A DNA stretch of 64,000 nucleotides from Anthoceros angustus (taxonomy: Eukaryota > Plantae > Anthocerotophyta), in contig VJWM01000103.1 in the NCBI GenBank assembly GCA_010909165.1, forward strand, positions 372,001-436,000. Direction: 5' to 3'. Positions 10,745-22,436 of the stretch are shown piece by piece (position 1 is the first letter of the stretch; each line of letters opens with the position of its first letter). The notes below the pieces were generated by a model. That model had not been told where the DNA came from. It was given only the letters and a program-made list of their open reading frames with translations, and did not search any database. The position numbers and the translations under genes were made by a program.

Positions 10745-12918
10745 GGAAGCGGCCAAGAGCAGGCAGCCCAGAGCATACTGCGGCGACACACGTGATGTGG
10801 AGACTGTCGACTCTCTGTCAACGCCTGCAACGCCCCATGACCATGTTGGACGGTGCCTTCTTCTTGACAAACACCGCAAGAAGCGAGAAAATGCTTCCAA
10901 GTTCCAAGGGCCGATTCGGCGACAGGCCTGCTGCTGCCGCAGACACGAGACTTGTTCCAAGAAATGGCGCACGGCTACAGGTCATGCATTTCGCGTCCAC
11001 CCATCCGGATCCCGAGGCCTTTCTCGTCCACTCATCCGGATCCTGAGGCCTTTCTCGTCCACTCATTCCTAACCCTTTCTCGTCCACTCATCCAAAAGCC
11101 TTCCTCCAAGGCCACAAGACCAAGACCGAGGACCAGACAGTCTGCTGGCTCTTGTGGTGGACTTAGCGGAAACTTGAAAGCCTTGATGAGCCCTTCTCAC
11201 CCCAAACCCCAAACCCCAATCCCCAAACATGCACACGATCTCACGGTGAACCTCTGTACCACCAAATCCTCTCCTTGGCAGCAGATGGTAGTGCTCGGAG
11301 TCTTTGTTCTGGCCTGCAGTCTCTGTTCTGGCCTGCACCTGCAAACTCAATGGTAGGATGGTCAAGGGCTATTGCACAGAGTTTTCGGAGGAGCTTCAAG
11401 ATTTCTTGAAGAGCAATATGAGGACGACGGGCATCGGAAGCTGAAGAGCCTTCCAGGACTGGTTCTATCCCCAATCTGTTCACTTGCAAGTTGCCCTGAT
11501 TTAGTTTCATGCTGATGCTTATGTATGTATGCAGCTTACTAACTTGAAGATTGTAATTATTCATTCATGAGTGTGGTTATTTCCCAAATCCCTTCCCTTG
11601 CAAGTTGCCCTGATGTGGTCAAGCTCATACTGATACACTTATGCAGGCTTGATTGGCTGGTCTAGGTGTATGCTAAACACTAGGGGCACATGCCCACATA
11701 CGCTAACTTGCTATACATTTATGTTCTTATCAAGAGTGAACTGGACGTGTTAGATTGTTAGTCTCATTCATGTTGCTTCAAACGTGAGTGGGAGTGTAGA
11801 GGTTATGGCTATTAGAGCCCTAGTTAGGGCACGTTTGAAGATTATACTTTAATTACTTAAGTTACTATGATATGAATAGGCATCTTAGATTCAGTTTTAT
11901 AACTACTTTTATATGCTCTTCAAACATTGTCATTGTTCACTTTTCGTTCATACACTTTTGGTTCTACGCCTGAAATCCATGTGCCTTCCAGTGAAGCGGC
12001 CAAGAGCAGCCCGAGCATACCGCGGCGACACACGTGATGTGGAGATCGTCGACTCTGTCAACGCCTGCAACGCCCTACACATGGGGATTTGACGGTGCCA
12101 TCAGCACAAACCCGCGAAAAAAGAGCGTAAAATGCTTCCAAGTTCCAAGGGCCGATTCGGCGACAGCTTTGCCGGGCAGACACGAGACTTGTTCCAAGAA
12201 ATGGCGCACGCCATGTGTCATGCATTTCGCGTCCACCCATCCGGATCCCGAGGCCTTTCTCGTCCACTCATCCGGATCCTGAGGCCTTTCTCGTCCACTC
12301 ATTCCTAACCCTTTCTCGTCCACTCATCCAAAAGCCTTCCTCCAAGGCCACAAGACCAGCACCCGAGGACGGACAGGCCTGCTGGCTCTTGTGGTGGACT
12401 TGGCGGAAACTTGAAAGCCTTGATGAGCCCTTCTCACCCCAAACCCCAAACCCCAATCCCCAAACATGCACACGATCTCACGGTGAACCTCTCACCACCA
12501 AATCCTCTCCTTGGCGCAGATGGTAGTGCTCGGAGTCTTTGTTCGCCTGCAGTCTGCTCCGGCTCGCACCAAACTCAATGGTAGGATGGTTATTATTGCA
12601 CAGAGTTTTCGGAGGAGCTTCAAGATTTCTTGAAGAGCAATATGAGGACGACGGCATGTCAAGAGCCTTCCAGATGGTTCTATCCCCAACTGCTCACTTG
12701 CAAGTTGCCCCGACGATTTAGTTTCATGCTGCTTATGTATGTATGCAGCTTACTAACTTGAAGATTGTAATTATTCATTCATGAGTGTGGTTATTTCCCA
12801 AATCCCTTCCCTTGCAAGTTGCCCTGATGTGGTCAAGCTCATACTGATACACTTATGCAGGCTTGATTGGCTGGTCTAGGTGTATGCTAAACACTAGGGG
12901 CACATGCCCACATACGCT
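10439..12918. repeat. ~1.25 kb tandem duplication including the copia 3' LTR and flank (third LTR copy ~11795-11990)
   Basis: 10439-11694 is repeated at 11695-12908. CACATACGCT occurs at all three junctions (10439, 11695, 12909). Each unit has an internal ~29-bp tandem (GAGGCCTTTCTCGTCCACTCATCCGGATCC). Confidence 0.9.
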
Positions 12919-13814
12919 CAACTATCACTATGTAGCAAGAATGCATAAATAATTTTACATAAATAATTATAAATATATTTCTTCAAAAAATATAAAAACT
13001 TACCCATATAAAAATTAGGTTGGTAAGTAAAAATAAGAATATATTCACAAGCTCCAATATAATAACTAGTTTTTAATACCACTTTACAAGTATTGTGCTG
13101 TATTGAAGAGAATTTGAGACAACAACGATGACTTGGGGACACCAACATCAGCAGAATGCGTGATTCCCTTAACCTACCCTTCTTTGGCTTAGCCAACCTA
13201 CATTTCTTTATATCTTTCCCTTGACCCGTACAACATCCTTGCACTCACGTTTGCAAAGACCAAGTCCTGCACATTGCACTACTTATGAGAAAACAAAAAG
13301 GAAGGAATCTCTTCCATAGGTCTCTCTTGTTGTTGATGAATTGTGTTTAGTGCATGGAGGAGGCTTGCTGCATACCTGGAGGAGGCTTAATACTTCCAAT
13401 GACAACTTGGGATGTAGCAAGTTTCCTCCTTTAGATCCATTTCATGGGCAACACCATAAGCATTGGGATATTTGTGGACACAGCCAAGTGGTGCATGGGG
13501 ATCACTATGGCCAGGTGATCCCTATCAATGATGGGATATCTGGTCTCAGTCTCTGATGCAAAAATACGTAAGTAGCCTGCAACCCCTTGAAACCATCGGT
13601 GATAAATGTCAAGAAAGGAGGGAATTCCCGCTGAGCATTCATAGATAACATATCCCTGGATTGCCTTAAGGATATTTGAAGAGGGAAGGTTTCTTCCTCC
13701 ACACCAGAAATGAGATCCTCCAAAAAGGGCCTAACATGGAGGATGAAGCAAGAGGGGCTATCATGGAGGATGGAGCGAGAGGGCCTGTGGACAAGGGAAG
13801 AACAATAGACTCCC

Positions 13815-14790
13815 CCTTAGAAAGGTAAATAGGAGTTTTTTTTGTGTTTGGTGTGAGGAATAAGACGGTATATGGGGCTGAACGGACCTAACTGCGGTAA
13901 ACGGGGAAGACTTGGGGAAAGGGCCTCGCTGGGCAACGTCATGGACTCCGGAGTAATTCCATAGCAACTCCGAAGCGATTCCGGAGCGACTCCGGAGGAA
14001 CTCCAGCACAGACCAGAGTGAAGTCCAACGGAAGGAGTGATCGTGGGAGTGGGCATGGGCGTGGGGCGTAATTTGGTAAGAATGACACGTGGACAGTGCC
14101 GAAATGAACGACATGCAGCAGACTAGAACCTCATAGTTGTCGGCAGCCGTTATAGGCAAGTAGCCACGACCCAAGGACATGCGCCAAGAAAGCGGCGGGC
14201 GTGAAGTTATGGTACAGGATCCAAGACCCTGGTAGTTACTGGCAGCGAAGGGACACCTTCCCGCACACCAATTACGCCCGACGCCCTGCTGCTGAGAGAA
14301 GATCATCTTCCCGGGCAACCTCTCGGCAGTTCTCTCAATCGCTCACGCTTAGGCACCCAGCTCTTTGGTGCTTTCTCTTCCTAGGCTCGAGCGCAACGCC
14401 CTGTGGCTTCGACCCTTTTCGGTGTGCCAATTCCTCTCAAGCTCAAGCGCGCAGCGAAGAGCATCGACGCCTGCCCTACCTCAGCAGCAGGACGAGCAGC
14501 GAGCGCACATGGGGCCCAAGAAGACGGCAGAGGTCTTGGAGCCCTAGCGCCTAGTGGAGAAGAATATAGTCACCAGGTGCTACCCCGACTTTGCTCCTTG
14601 GCTTGAGGAAGTGGGTGAGCTCGTTCAGGAGTGGCACCTGGACATCTTCCAGGCGGTATGGACCTACGACACCATGCCGTTGGTTCGGGAGTATGCCTGG
14701 AAGATGCTTGCGGCGGCAAGCAAGGCCGTTCGTCCGAAGAGTTTGAGGGAGGAACTTAAGGTGATGGACGATGGAGGTCCTTCGCGCGGT
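13815..14790 (+). mobile_element. Diverged partial LTR related to the giant-LTR gypsy family, carrying the start of the LTR-borne ORF (ATG 14509)
   Basis: MGPKKTAEVLEP*RLVEKNIVTRCYPDFAPWLEEVGELVQEWHLDIF...KAVRPKSLREELKVMD is homologous to frames starting at 18134, 19346, 51482, 61172 (+) and 47512 (-). The T-rich 5' segment is similar too. Confidence 0.7.
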
Positions 14791-14852
14791 ATGCAATTGG
14801 CCAGCATAGGAAGTTGGGGGAGTAGTGCTGGAGCCCCTGAAAGTGAAGGGAA

Positions 14853-16910
14853 TGTTGGAAGCAGCAAAGGCTGCTCTGTTGAAGCCAACGACTCAGAGGT
14901 CCTCCAACGGGTGGTTGTATTAGAATAACCTTTAGTTTATCACTTGGTTAAGTGTAAGTTATAGAAGTAGTTTCACAATTTCAATTTAGACGGTTAAATA
15001 ACCGCACACCCTACCGTGTATAAATACTTTCCTTTCTCTTAATACATTTACCACTTTGCACATACACTAGTACTTACGCACTTGCTGCCCCGCTGGGTTT
15101 GACCACCGCCTACTCATGTGATCCAGCTATGGTGTACAGATGCAAAGCTTTTATGGTATCAGAGCCGAGTTTTGGAGACAGTGTTGGTCGCTTGTGCACC
15201 TGAGGCCCCATGAATGGGCTGTCCCGTTCCCAAGATGCTGAGGCGCAGATTTCAAGCATCTCCTCCTAGACCTTCTCGCAAAAATCTGACCCGCTCCTCC
15301 ATCTCTTCATCGGAGCGCCAGTTTCTTTGCGCTGATTGCAGATCAGAAGAGAGGAGAGAGCCCGCATTGATCATAAGGAGTCGCTTCGCACGCGCATCGC
15401 ATACAGCGCGAGAGCAGCTCCACCAACCTGCAACACCTCCACGAAGACCCAACCGTCCCGTGGGAAGTGTTGACGGAGCGAGGACAGCCATCGATCCAGG
15501 GCCATTTCCAAGAAGAGAAGGCGCCATCCTCAGGCAACTTTCCGAGCTACAGGCGCGCGCCAGGAGGCAGGACGACTTCATCAACCGACTGGTTGACAGC
15601 ATCAAGGATCTCCACTTATTGTGTGAAGAGCACTCAGTGGTGGAGACCATGCCCGCCAGAACCAGCCGCTTTCGTCCCATGGTGCCTTGCACCCTCCTGT
15701 AATCTCTTCCCTAGCTTATGTCTGATGGCTCAGCACTTGATGATGATCTCAGTGAGGACATATCTTTCCTCTTTGCTGATGCCAGCACTTATTCTGTCTG
15801 GGATTTCTCACCACGCAATCTTCTAGAGCTTGAGAGGCAGAGACAGCTACAGTTAGTCTTGAATACCATCCTATCACCTGTCATCATGGCAGGGGCAGCT
15901 CTACCTCCTACTCCTGCCACAGTTCCCTTGAAGATAGAGTTCAGGGACAAGGATAGGTTTAATGGCACAGATTACAACATCTATGTCGACCACTTCTTTC
16001 GGTGGTGCTGATTACTTCCTCACTTTTATCGACGAATGGAGCAAATACTGCATTGTTTTTCTTCTTCGACAAAAAAGCGAAGCTTTTGACTGCTTCAAGT
16101 CCTATATTGCCTATGCTCAAAGACAAACCTCCTGCAAGGTGCGAATCCTCCAAACGGATAATGGTGGTGAATACACCAGTAATGCTTTTGCATCCTTCTA
16201 CAAGTAGGAAGGCATTCTCCATCAGTACACTGTGCCTTACACACCAGAGTAGAATGCTTTCTCGGAACACAAGAACAGAACTCTCCAAGAGGCCACTTTG
16301 GCTTCTCTTTCTTTTGCTGGACTTACCCGTGGGTATTGGGCTGAAGCTTTGATGGCAGCCAATTACGTTCAGAATTGCCTACCCACCAAGGAGCTTGGCC
16401 CTGTGACTCCCTTTGAGAGATGGACTGGGACAAAGCCTCGAGTTCGCCATCTTCGCATTTTTGGAGCACCAGCATATGCCCTCGTCCCTCCAGCACAGCG
16501 TTCCAAGCTTGATCCTAAGGCTTCAAAGCATGTCTTCGTCGGTTACTCTGAAGAGGTGAAGGGATACAAACTCTTCAATCTTGTCACTCGCTAGCTTACC
16601 TTATCACGTAGTGTGATTTTTCATGAAGCTGCTTTGCTCCGACGACATTCTGTTGCCCTGTCTCCGGATGCCACTATAAACACTTCAACTATACCTCCTT
16701 CTTCTATTCATGGCATTGATGTCGCTGATCCCCTTAATGCTGTTGAGGTTAGTTTCTTTGACGACGAGGATCCTCCTTCTTTGGCTCACGGGGGGGCACC
16801 TCCAGATCTACCCGACGACGATCAGTCTTCTGATGATGACGGGCCTGCAGCAATGCCTGATGACGCTTCAGCAGACCATAATGATGAAAACATACAAGCT
16901 GTCCCTTTAG
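14853..16910 (+). mobile_element. Second Ty1/copia remnant: probable LTR, PBS, gag start fused by deletion to integrase
   Basis: PBS TGGTATCAGAGCC at 15154. Gag-like FNGTDYN at ~15960 runs directly into integrase YFLTFIDEWSKY..TDNGGEY..PYTPE..KNRTL..YWAEA..LRIFG..RSKLDPK..FVGYS..KGYKLFN, with in-frame stops. The LTR start at 14853 is tentative. Confidence 0.85.
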
Positions 16911-17099
16911 GTACTTGTCATGACACAGAGCGGTGTGTCCATAGGTAGCCAGATTAATGTGTTCATGTATGCACCCATGCGCATGGTTTGGCACGGTATG
17001 TGTTCCCATGAGCATGTGTGATGTATGTGTGACATGTGTGATGTGTGTGATGTATGTGTGGTGTGTAAGGACAACGGGCATCAAGAGGGCAAATCAGCT

Positions 17100-20000
17100 G
17101 TGAGTCACGGCTGCATTATTGCCCAATCACCGGCAACGGGTGATATGGCGCGATTCTAAATTGAGCGCCACGCCCGCGGCGCCGGATTCAAAGAAGAACG
17201 CCGAGTGCGTGGGTAGATAAAGGGCCATAGGCCGCGTAGGAAGTCGGATTGCTGATGTTTGTTCGATTGAACAGCCATACGGATCCCGAGGGGTTCTTCC
17301 ATGTGCAAGCTCTGGTAAAGGGAGAGTGAGGGGGTTTTTGCCAAGATTCAGGTGAGAACATATTTTCACATCAGCAACCCCTTCGGAGCTTAGCCTGGCA
17401 GCTGCGCGCGTCAGAGAACGGCGGATGAGAAGGGGAGTATGTGGACTATGGACTTCCCTTGGGGGGTAGGAATTAAGTGGGGTTTTGTTTTTTTGGTAGG
17501 TTGGAATAGTAAAATAAGGCGGAAAAGGAGGAATAAGCACGGATGGCGCTCCGGACTGGACTCCGGAGTATACTCCGGACTCCGGAGTGGGCAACGTACC
17601 CCGGTACCACTATGGCGAGCTCCGGACTACGCCGGTGTAACGGGATAAGTCCGGACCCCACTCCGGCAAAACAGGATAAGTACGCCAGGGAAAGTAACTT
17701 AGAAGTTGAGTCGTGAGGCAGACTAAGCGGCGCCACGTGGACGGCCCTGAGTGGAGGTCGGGCATGCAGCAGCCAGACCGTGCTGTGCAGGCAGGCCGTT
17801 ATAGCGGTATTCACGCCTATGACGCGCGCGTAAGGCCGTAGTGCATGGCGTAAGGCCGAGTAAGGCGGAGGCGTAAGGTCGAGTAAGCCATGCACCTCGC
17901 GCTGACAAAGGAAAGGCGCCTTCCCGCCCGGTGAGTTACTGTGCGGCCGACGAGGGAGGGCGTTTGCCACCGAGACAATTCTCGTGATCTCGCGCCCGCA
18001 ACCCGGCTCCGGGCGCTATCTCTTTGAGCGCCCGGGCATCTTCGAGCGCTCACCGGGTTGGAGGCCGAACGCGGGCGAAGAGGGCGCATCGTGCGCCGAC
18101 TCGTACGCAGCAGAACGAGAGGAGAAGAAAGTGATGGCACCCAAAAAGGCTGCGGAGGTCTGGGAGCCATGGAACCTGGTAGGCGCAACATTGTGACCGG
18201 CGCTATCCGAACTTTGGGCCACCTGGTTTGGAAGGCGGGGAATTAGTCGAGGAGTGGCACTTAGATGTGTTCCAGTATGCAGGGCGTTTGTGATGTCACT
18301 CGTCGGGAGTTCGCCGAAGATGTTGGCGTCAACAAGGAGGATTCGGTCCAAGAACCTCCGGGAGGATCTAAGCGATGGACCTTGGAGGTCTGGCGGCCTA
18401 CAACCGCCCAAAGGAGGAAGATGGGGCGTAGTCCCAGCCCCTCAAGGCGAAGGGAAAGATAGGGCCGGCAGTGGCGATCTTGAGGCACAGGCAGGACAAC
18501 CAACGGCTGGTTGATATCGAGACTCTGGGCCAGTAAGAAGTATAGCCGGATTATTGTCCATTGGAACTTACTCACCAAGGTGGATCACCTTGGTGATAAT
18601 TCTTAGTGTTCACGCATGCTGCGTTAGGAAGAGGCGGGGTGGGAAGGATTATCTTCGCCGGTTCGGCGAGGAGGCCATGGTGAGGCGGCCCGCCATCTGT
18701 CCCATACGATCCATGTATGGGGACATTTCGAGCTCTGAAGGAGGGAGAGATCGGCGGGCGCTCGGAAGGAGGCCCTACCGGAGCGGAGGCGCAAGGGCGC
18801 CCGAGGTGGGGGCCGACCCCTAAGGCCAAAGCGGACCCGGGAGGAGGCGGGAGGATTCCGGACTCCATCGTGCAGAGCGGACCCCACTCCGGCAAAACAG
18901 ATAAGTACGCTAGGAAAGTAACTTAAGTTGAGTCGTGAGGGCGGACTAAGCGGGCGCCACGTGGGCGGCCACAGTGGAGGTCGGGCATGCGGCGAGCGGG
19001 GCCGTAGCCGAGGGGCCGTTATAGCGGTATTCACGCCCAGCGATGCGGCGTAAGGCAGTCTGTGGCGTAAGGCGAAAGCGGGCGTAAGGTCGAGTAAGCC
19101 ATGCAGACCTGGCGATTCTGAGACGAGGAAGGCGCCTTCAGCCCGGTGATTACTCCGCGGCGGCGAGGAGGTCATTTCGCTGCGACCTCGAGACAATTCG
19201 CGATCTCTTGCGCTCACGCAACCCGGCTCTGGCGCTATCTCTTTGAGCGCCCGGGCATCTTCGAGCGCTCACGGGGTTGGAGCGTGACAGCGGCGGGCGC
19301 ATCGTGCCCGGACTCGGCGGCCTCTGGCCCGAGGAGGAGAAAGTGATGGCACCCAAAAGGCTGCGGAGGTCCGGGAGCCATGGAACTGGTAGGCGCAACA
19401 TTGTGACCGGCGCTATCCGAACTTTGGGCCTGTGGAGGCGGGGAATTAGTCGAGGAGTGGCACTTAGATGTGTGTTCAGTATGCGGGCGTTTGTGATGTC
19501 ACTCACAGTCAGTTCGCCGGAAGATGTTGGCGGCCAACAGGAGGTTCGGTCCAAGAACCTCGGGAGGATCTAAGCGATGGACCTTGGAGGTCTGAGGCTA
19601 CAACCGCCCAAAGGAGGAAGATGGGGCGTAGTCCCAGCCCCTCAAGGCGAAGGGAAAGATAGGGGCAGCAGTAGCGATCTTTGAGGCAGGAGCAGCGGAC
19701 AACCAACGGCTGGTTGATATCGGACTCTGGGCCGAGTAAAGATGGCCGGATTATTGTCCATTGGAACACTCACCAAGGTGGATCACCTTGGTGATAATTC
19801 TTGAATGTTCACGCATGCGTTACAGGAAGAGGCGGGGTGGGAAGGATTATCTTCGCCGGTTCGAGGAGGCCCCTGGAGGCGAAGCCCTCGCCATCAGGGC
19901 ATCCCCATACGATCCATGTATGGGGACATTTCGAGCTCTGAAGGAGGGAGAGATCGGCGGGCGCTCGGAAGGGGGAGGCCCCTCGGAGCGGAGGCGTGCA

Positions 20001-20150
20001 AGGCGCCGAGGTGGGGGCCGACCCCTAAGGCCAAAGCGGACCCGGGAGGAGGGCGGCGGGAGGATTCGGACTCCATCGTGCAGAGCGGACCCCCTCACCA
20101 CCCGGGGAAGTATGGGAAGAAATCGCTTCCCTTCTCCACAGTGCCTCCTC
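17100..20150 (+). mobile_element. 3' end and truncated 3' LTR of the giant-LTR gypsy family, with an internal ~1.2 kb tandem duplication
   Basis: PPT GAGAAGGGGAGTA followed by TGTGGACTA at 17440 is identical to the junction at 60567-60588. 17652-18877 is repeated at 18878-20085 with CGGACCCC at the junctions. Confidence 0.85.
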
Positions 20151-20319
20151 CGGAGCAATCAGCAGCAGGAGGAGCAGCGGAGGCGGGAGTTGGCGGTTGC
20201 AGCTTGGTGGCGGACCGTGCCAGCCCACCCCGGACTCGGCGGGGAACCGAAGGCGCAAGGCAGGCGCCTACCTGGAGGCAAAGGAGGCATCGCCATGGTG
20301 AACAATCGAGTCGAAGTCC

Positions 20320-21559
20320 GTTGATGGCTTGGCGCCGGGATGCGTCTTTGGTCGACACCGGTGCGGATCCGGTGTTGCTTGGTGCAAAAGTGCGCAGCGC
20401 TGATGGCTTCGCGCAGATGCGTCTGGTCGACACCGCGCGGATCCGTGTTGCTTGGCAAGCAGGTGCGCTTCAACTGTATGGAAATAAGCTGAAGCCATGC
20501 GAGGTACACATCACCACCTCCGCAGGGACTAAGGAGCAAGTGATGGGCATAACCCGCGATCCAGTGCGAATCGAGCTCAAACCGAGCACCGAAGACTCCA
20601 CTGTCATCGAAGTGCGGTGCTTCGTGTCTGATGCTAGAAATTACGACGTGTTGCTCGGTGCTGATGCCACTCACGGTCCGGCGATGGGGGTGGATCCATT
20701 GCACTTAGTAGCGTTCTATAGACCACGATGGCAAGAAGGAGATTTCACACATGTGGCGAGGATACCATTGGACATGCGTCGACGTGATGAACAGTCGGGT
20801 GCCATGATGGCGTTCACAGCATGTGCAGCAGAAAGTGTACATCAAAGCGAGGTATGGGAGGAAACCTAGGACCTGATGAGGGAGGAAGTACAGGACGAAC
20901 GACAAGTGGGGGAATGCATGTATGTCAAGAGAACCCCTATGCTGTCACTGGCATTGGCAAGGGAGCGTGTTCGGCAAGGACAGCCCAAGGCATGGCAGAT
21001 AGCCAGTGGGCATCCAGAGGGCCACTTGCGCAGCACCGTCACCCTGAATAAGGCTGACCTGCGCATCAACAATAATGTGGTACGGTGGCAGGCGGACACC
21101 CGTGGGATTCACCTCATGGAGCTATGATCCGGCATCAGCAGCGGACTAGAAGCCGCGTTGAAAAGTGGGTTGCGGGTGAGAAAATACACGTGCGTTGAGT
21201 CGGACGAGAAGGCGCGTGCGGTGGCCAGATCAAGAATCGTTAGACTGCAAAGGAAATATCCTGGATTGCTAAGCATCAAAGCGATCAAGGGTTGTCAAAG
21301 TAGATTGCCCCCGGACATCATGTTGGTGGGGAAACGACAGCTTGAGGCGATCAGGTGTCCTGTAGACATGCTAATCGCAGGATGGGAGTGTCGGACATTT
21401 TCCAGAGCCGGTCGCGGTTATGGCAACGGTGTGGAGATGGCCGCGGAAGTGATCCGAATCCTAAAGGAAGTGCAGTTGATCAATCTAGATTGTTGGTACA
21501 TTTTGGAGAATGTGTGTGGGGCGTTTGATAAACGTGAGAACGAACACCATAAATTTTGA
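20320..21559 (+). pseudogene. Retroelement polyprotein fragment: retropepsin-like aspartic protease followed in frame by a C5 cytosine DNA methyltransferase domain (motifs I-VI)
   Basis: ORFs 19805-20869, 20876-21127 and 21158-21559 share one frame, separated by single stops. Protease: LVDTGADPVLLG ... YDVLLGAD. DNMT: HLMEL*SGISSGLEA (motif I), TCVESD (II), PPDI (III), VDMLIAGWECRTFSRAG (IV), WYILENV (VI). Confidence 0.82.
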
Positions 21560-22436
21560 AGGGGGGGAATATCCTCGATGGGGGTTTTTTGTGAATAACC
21601 GCTGAAGAGGGTTGGTGATGGGTCTAAAAGCTGTGGGTTCAGCTATTATGTGGAAACTATAGCGAGAAAAAGGGTCCGGCTCTTGGATCATACGAGTTTT
21701 CCGTTGGTTCATATGACTGCCGAAGGGTGACCCTTTTCCCTTAACCATTTGTTTCGGCCAAAACAAGACCCACAATGCACACCCTGTTTGCTGGTCGAGC
21801 AATACCGTTATCAGACATCTGCGAATCGAACGCCACTATGGAAGGGTGAGGCAAGGGAGGTGGCCGGCGCCCCCTCCCTTGGCTCACCACTGTGTGGAAG
21901 GTCACATGGAACATGTTTGCTATCCACTTGGCCACCAGTTCCTTCAGAATGAATTTGAACATGTGGATGTGGTACGGCGTGGCATGTTCCGCGAGGGGGC
22001 GCCGGCTGGCCGGCGCCCCCTTGCCATTGTCTACAAGGGCACATTCCACATGTTTGATATCCGCATGGTCACCACTTCCTTTGGAATGGCATAGAACAGA
22101 ACCTTGCAGTAGGGGGGTCATGTTGCATGCCGTGGTGTTGCAGACAACTACCCCCAAACCGCTTATCATACGCACCATATTCGCGTGACACAGTCCATCA
22201 ATACTCAGCCTAAAACACGTGGTATATGCAACCGTCATTGTAGCTACTTCAATTTCAGATAAAGTTATGCACTTACAGCAACACGAGGAATGGGGGGCGC
22301 CGGCCAGCCGGCGCCTCCCACCCTTCCATCGCGATTAAGTTGGAAAGGATGGGCGTAATGGACACGTGAAGTGGGGAGCCACATCCATACAACCCCTAAT
22401 GAGAATGGTTCAGGCTGGTCGTCCTACGCGCAATAG

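Noticed and set aside
10995-11100. ~29-bp direct repeats resembling a CRISPR array
   Set aside because: The units are adjacent without unique spacers, there are no cas genes, and the context is eukaryotic.
19805-20869. 354-aa ORF as a single real gene, or the DNMT as part of the giant-LTR family
   Set aside because: Its first part is LTR sequence from a 3' LTR (preceded by a PPT) and its second part is a protease unlike that of the near-complete family member (~57250-57600), in which I see no DNMT motifs. It is most likely a chimeric junction between two elements.
21100-21559. Host DNMT (DRM/CMT/MET1/DNMT3) or a bacterial restriction-modification methylase
   Set aside because: Intronless, in frame with a retropepsin, with no host regulatory domains and no adjacent endonuclease or operon context.
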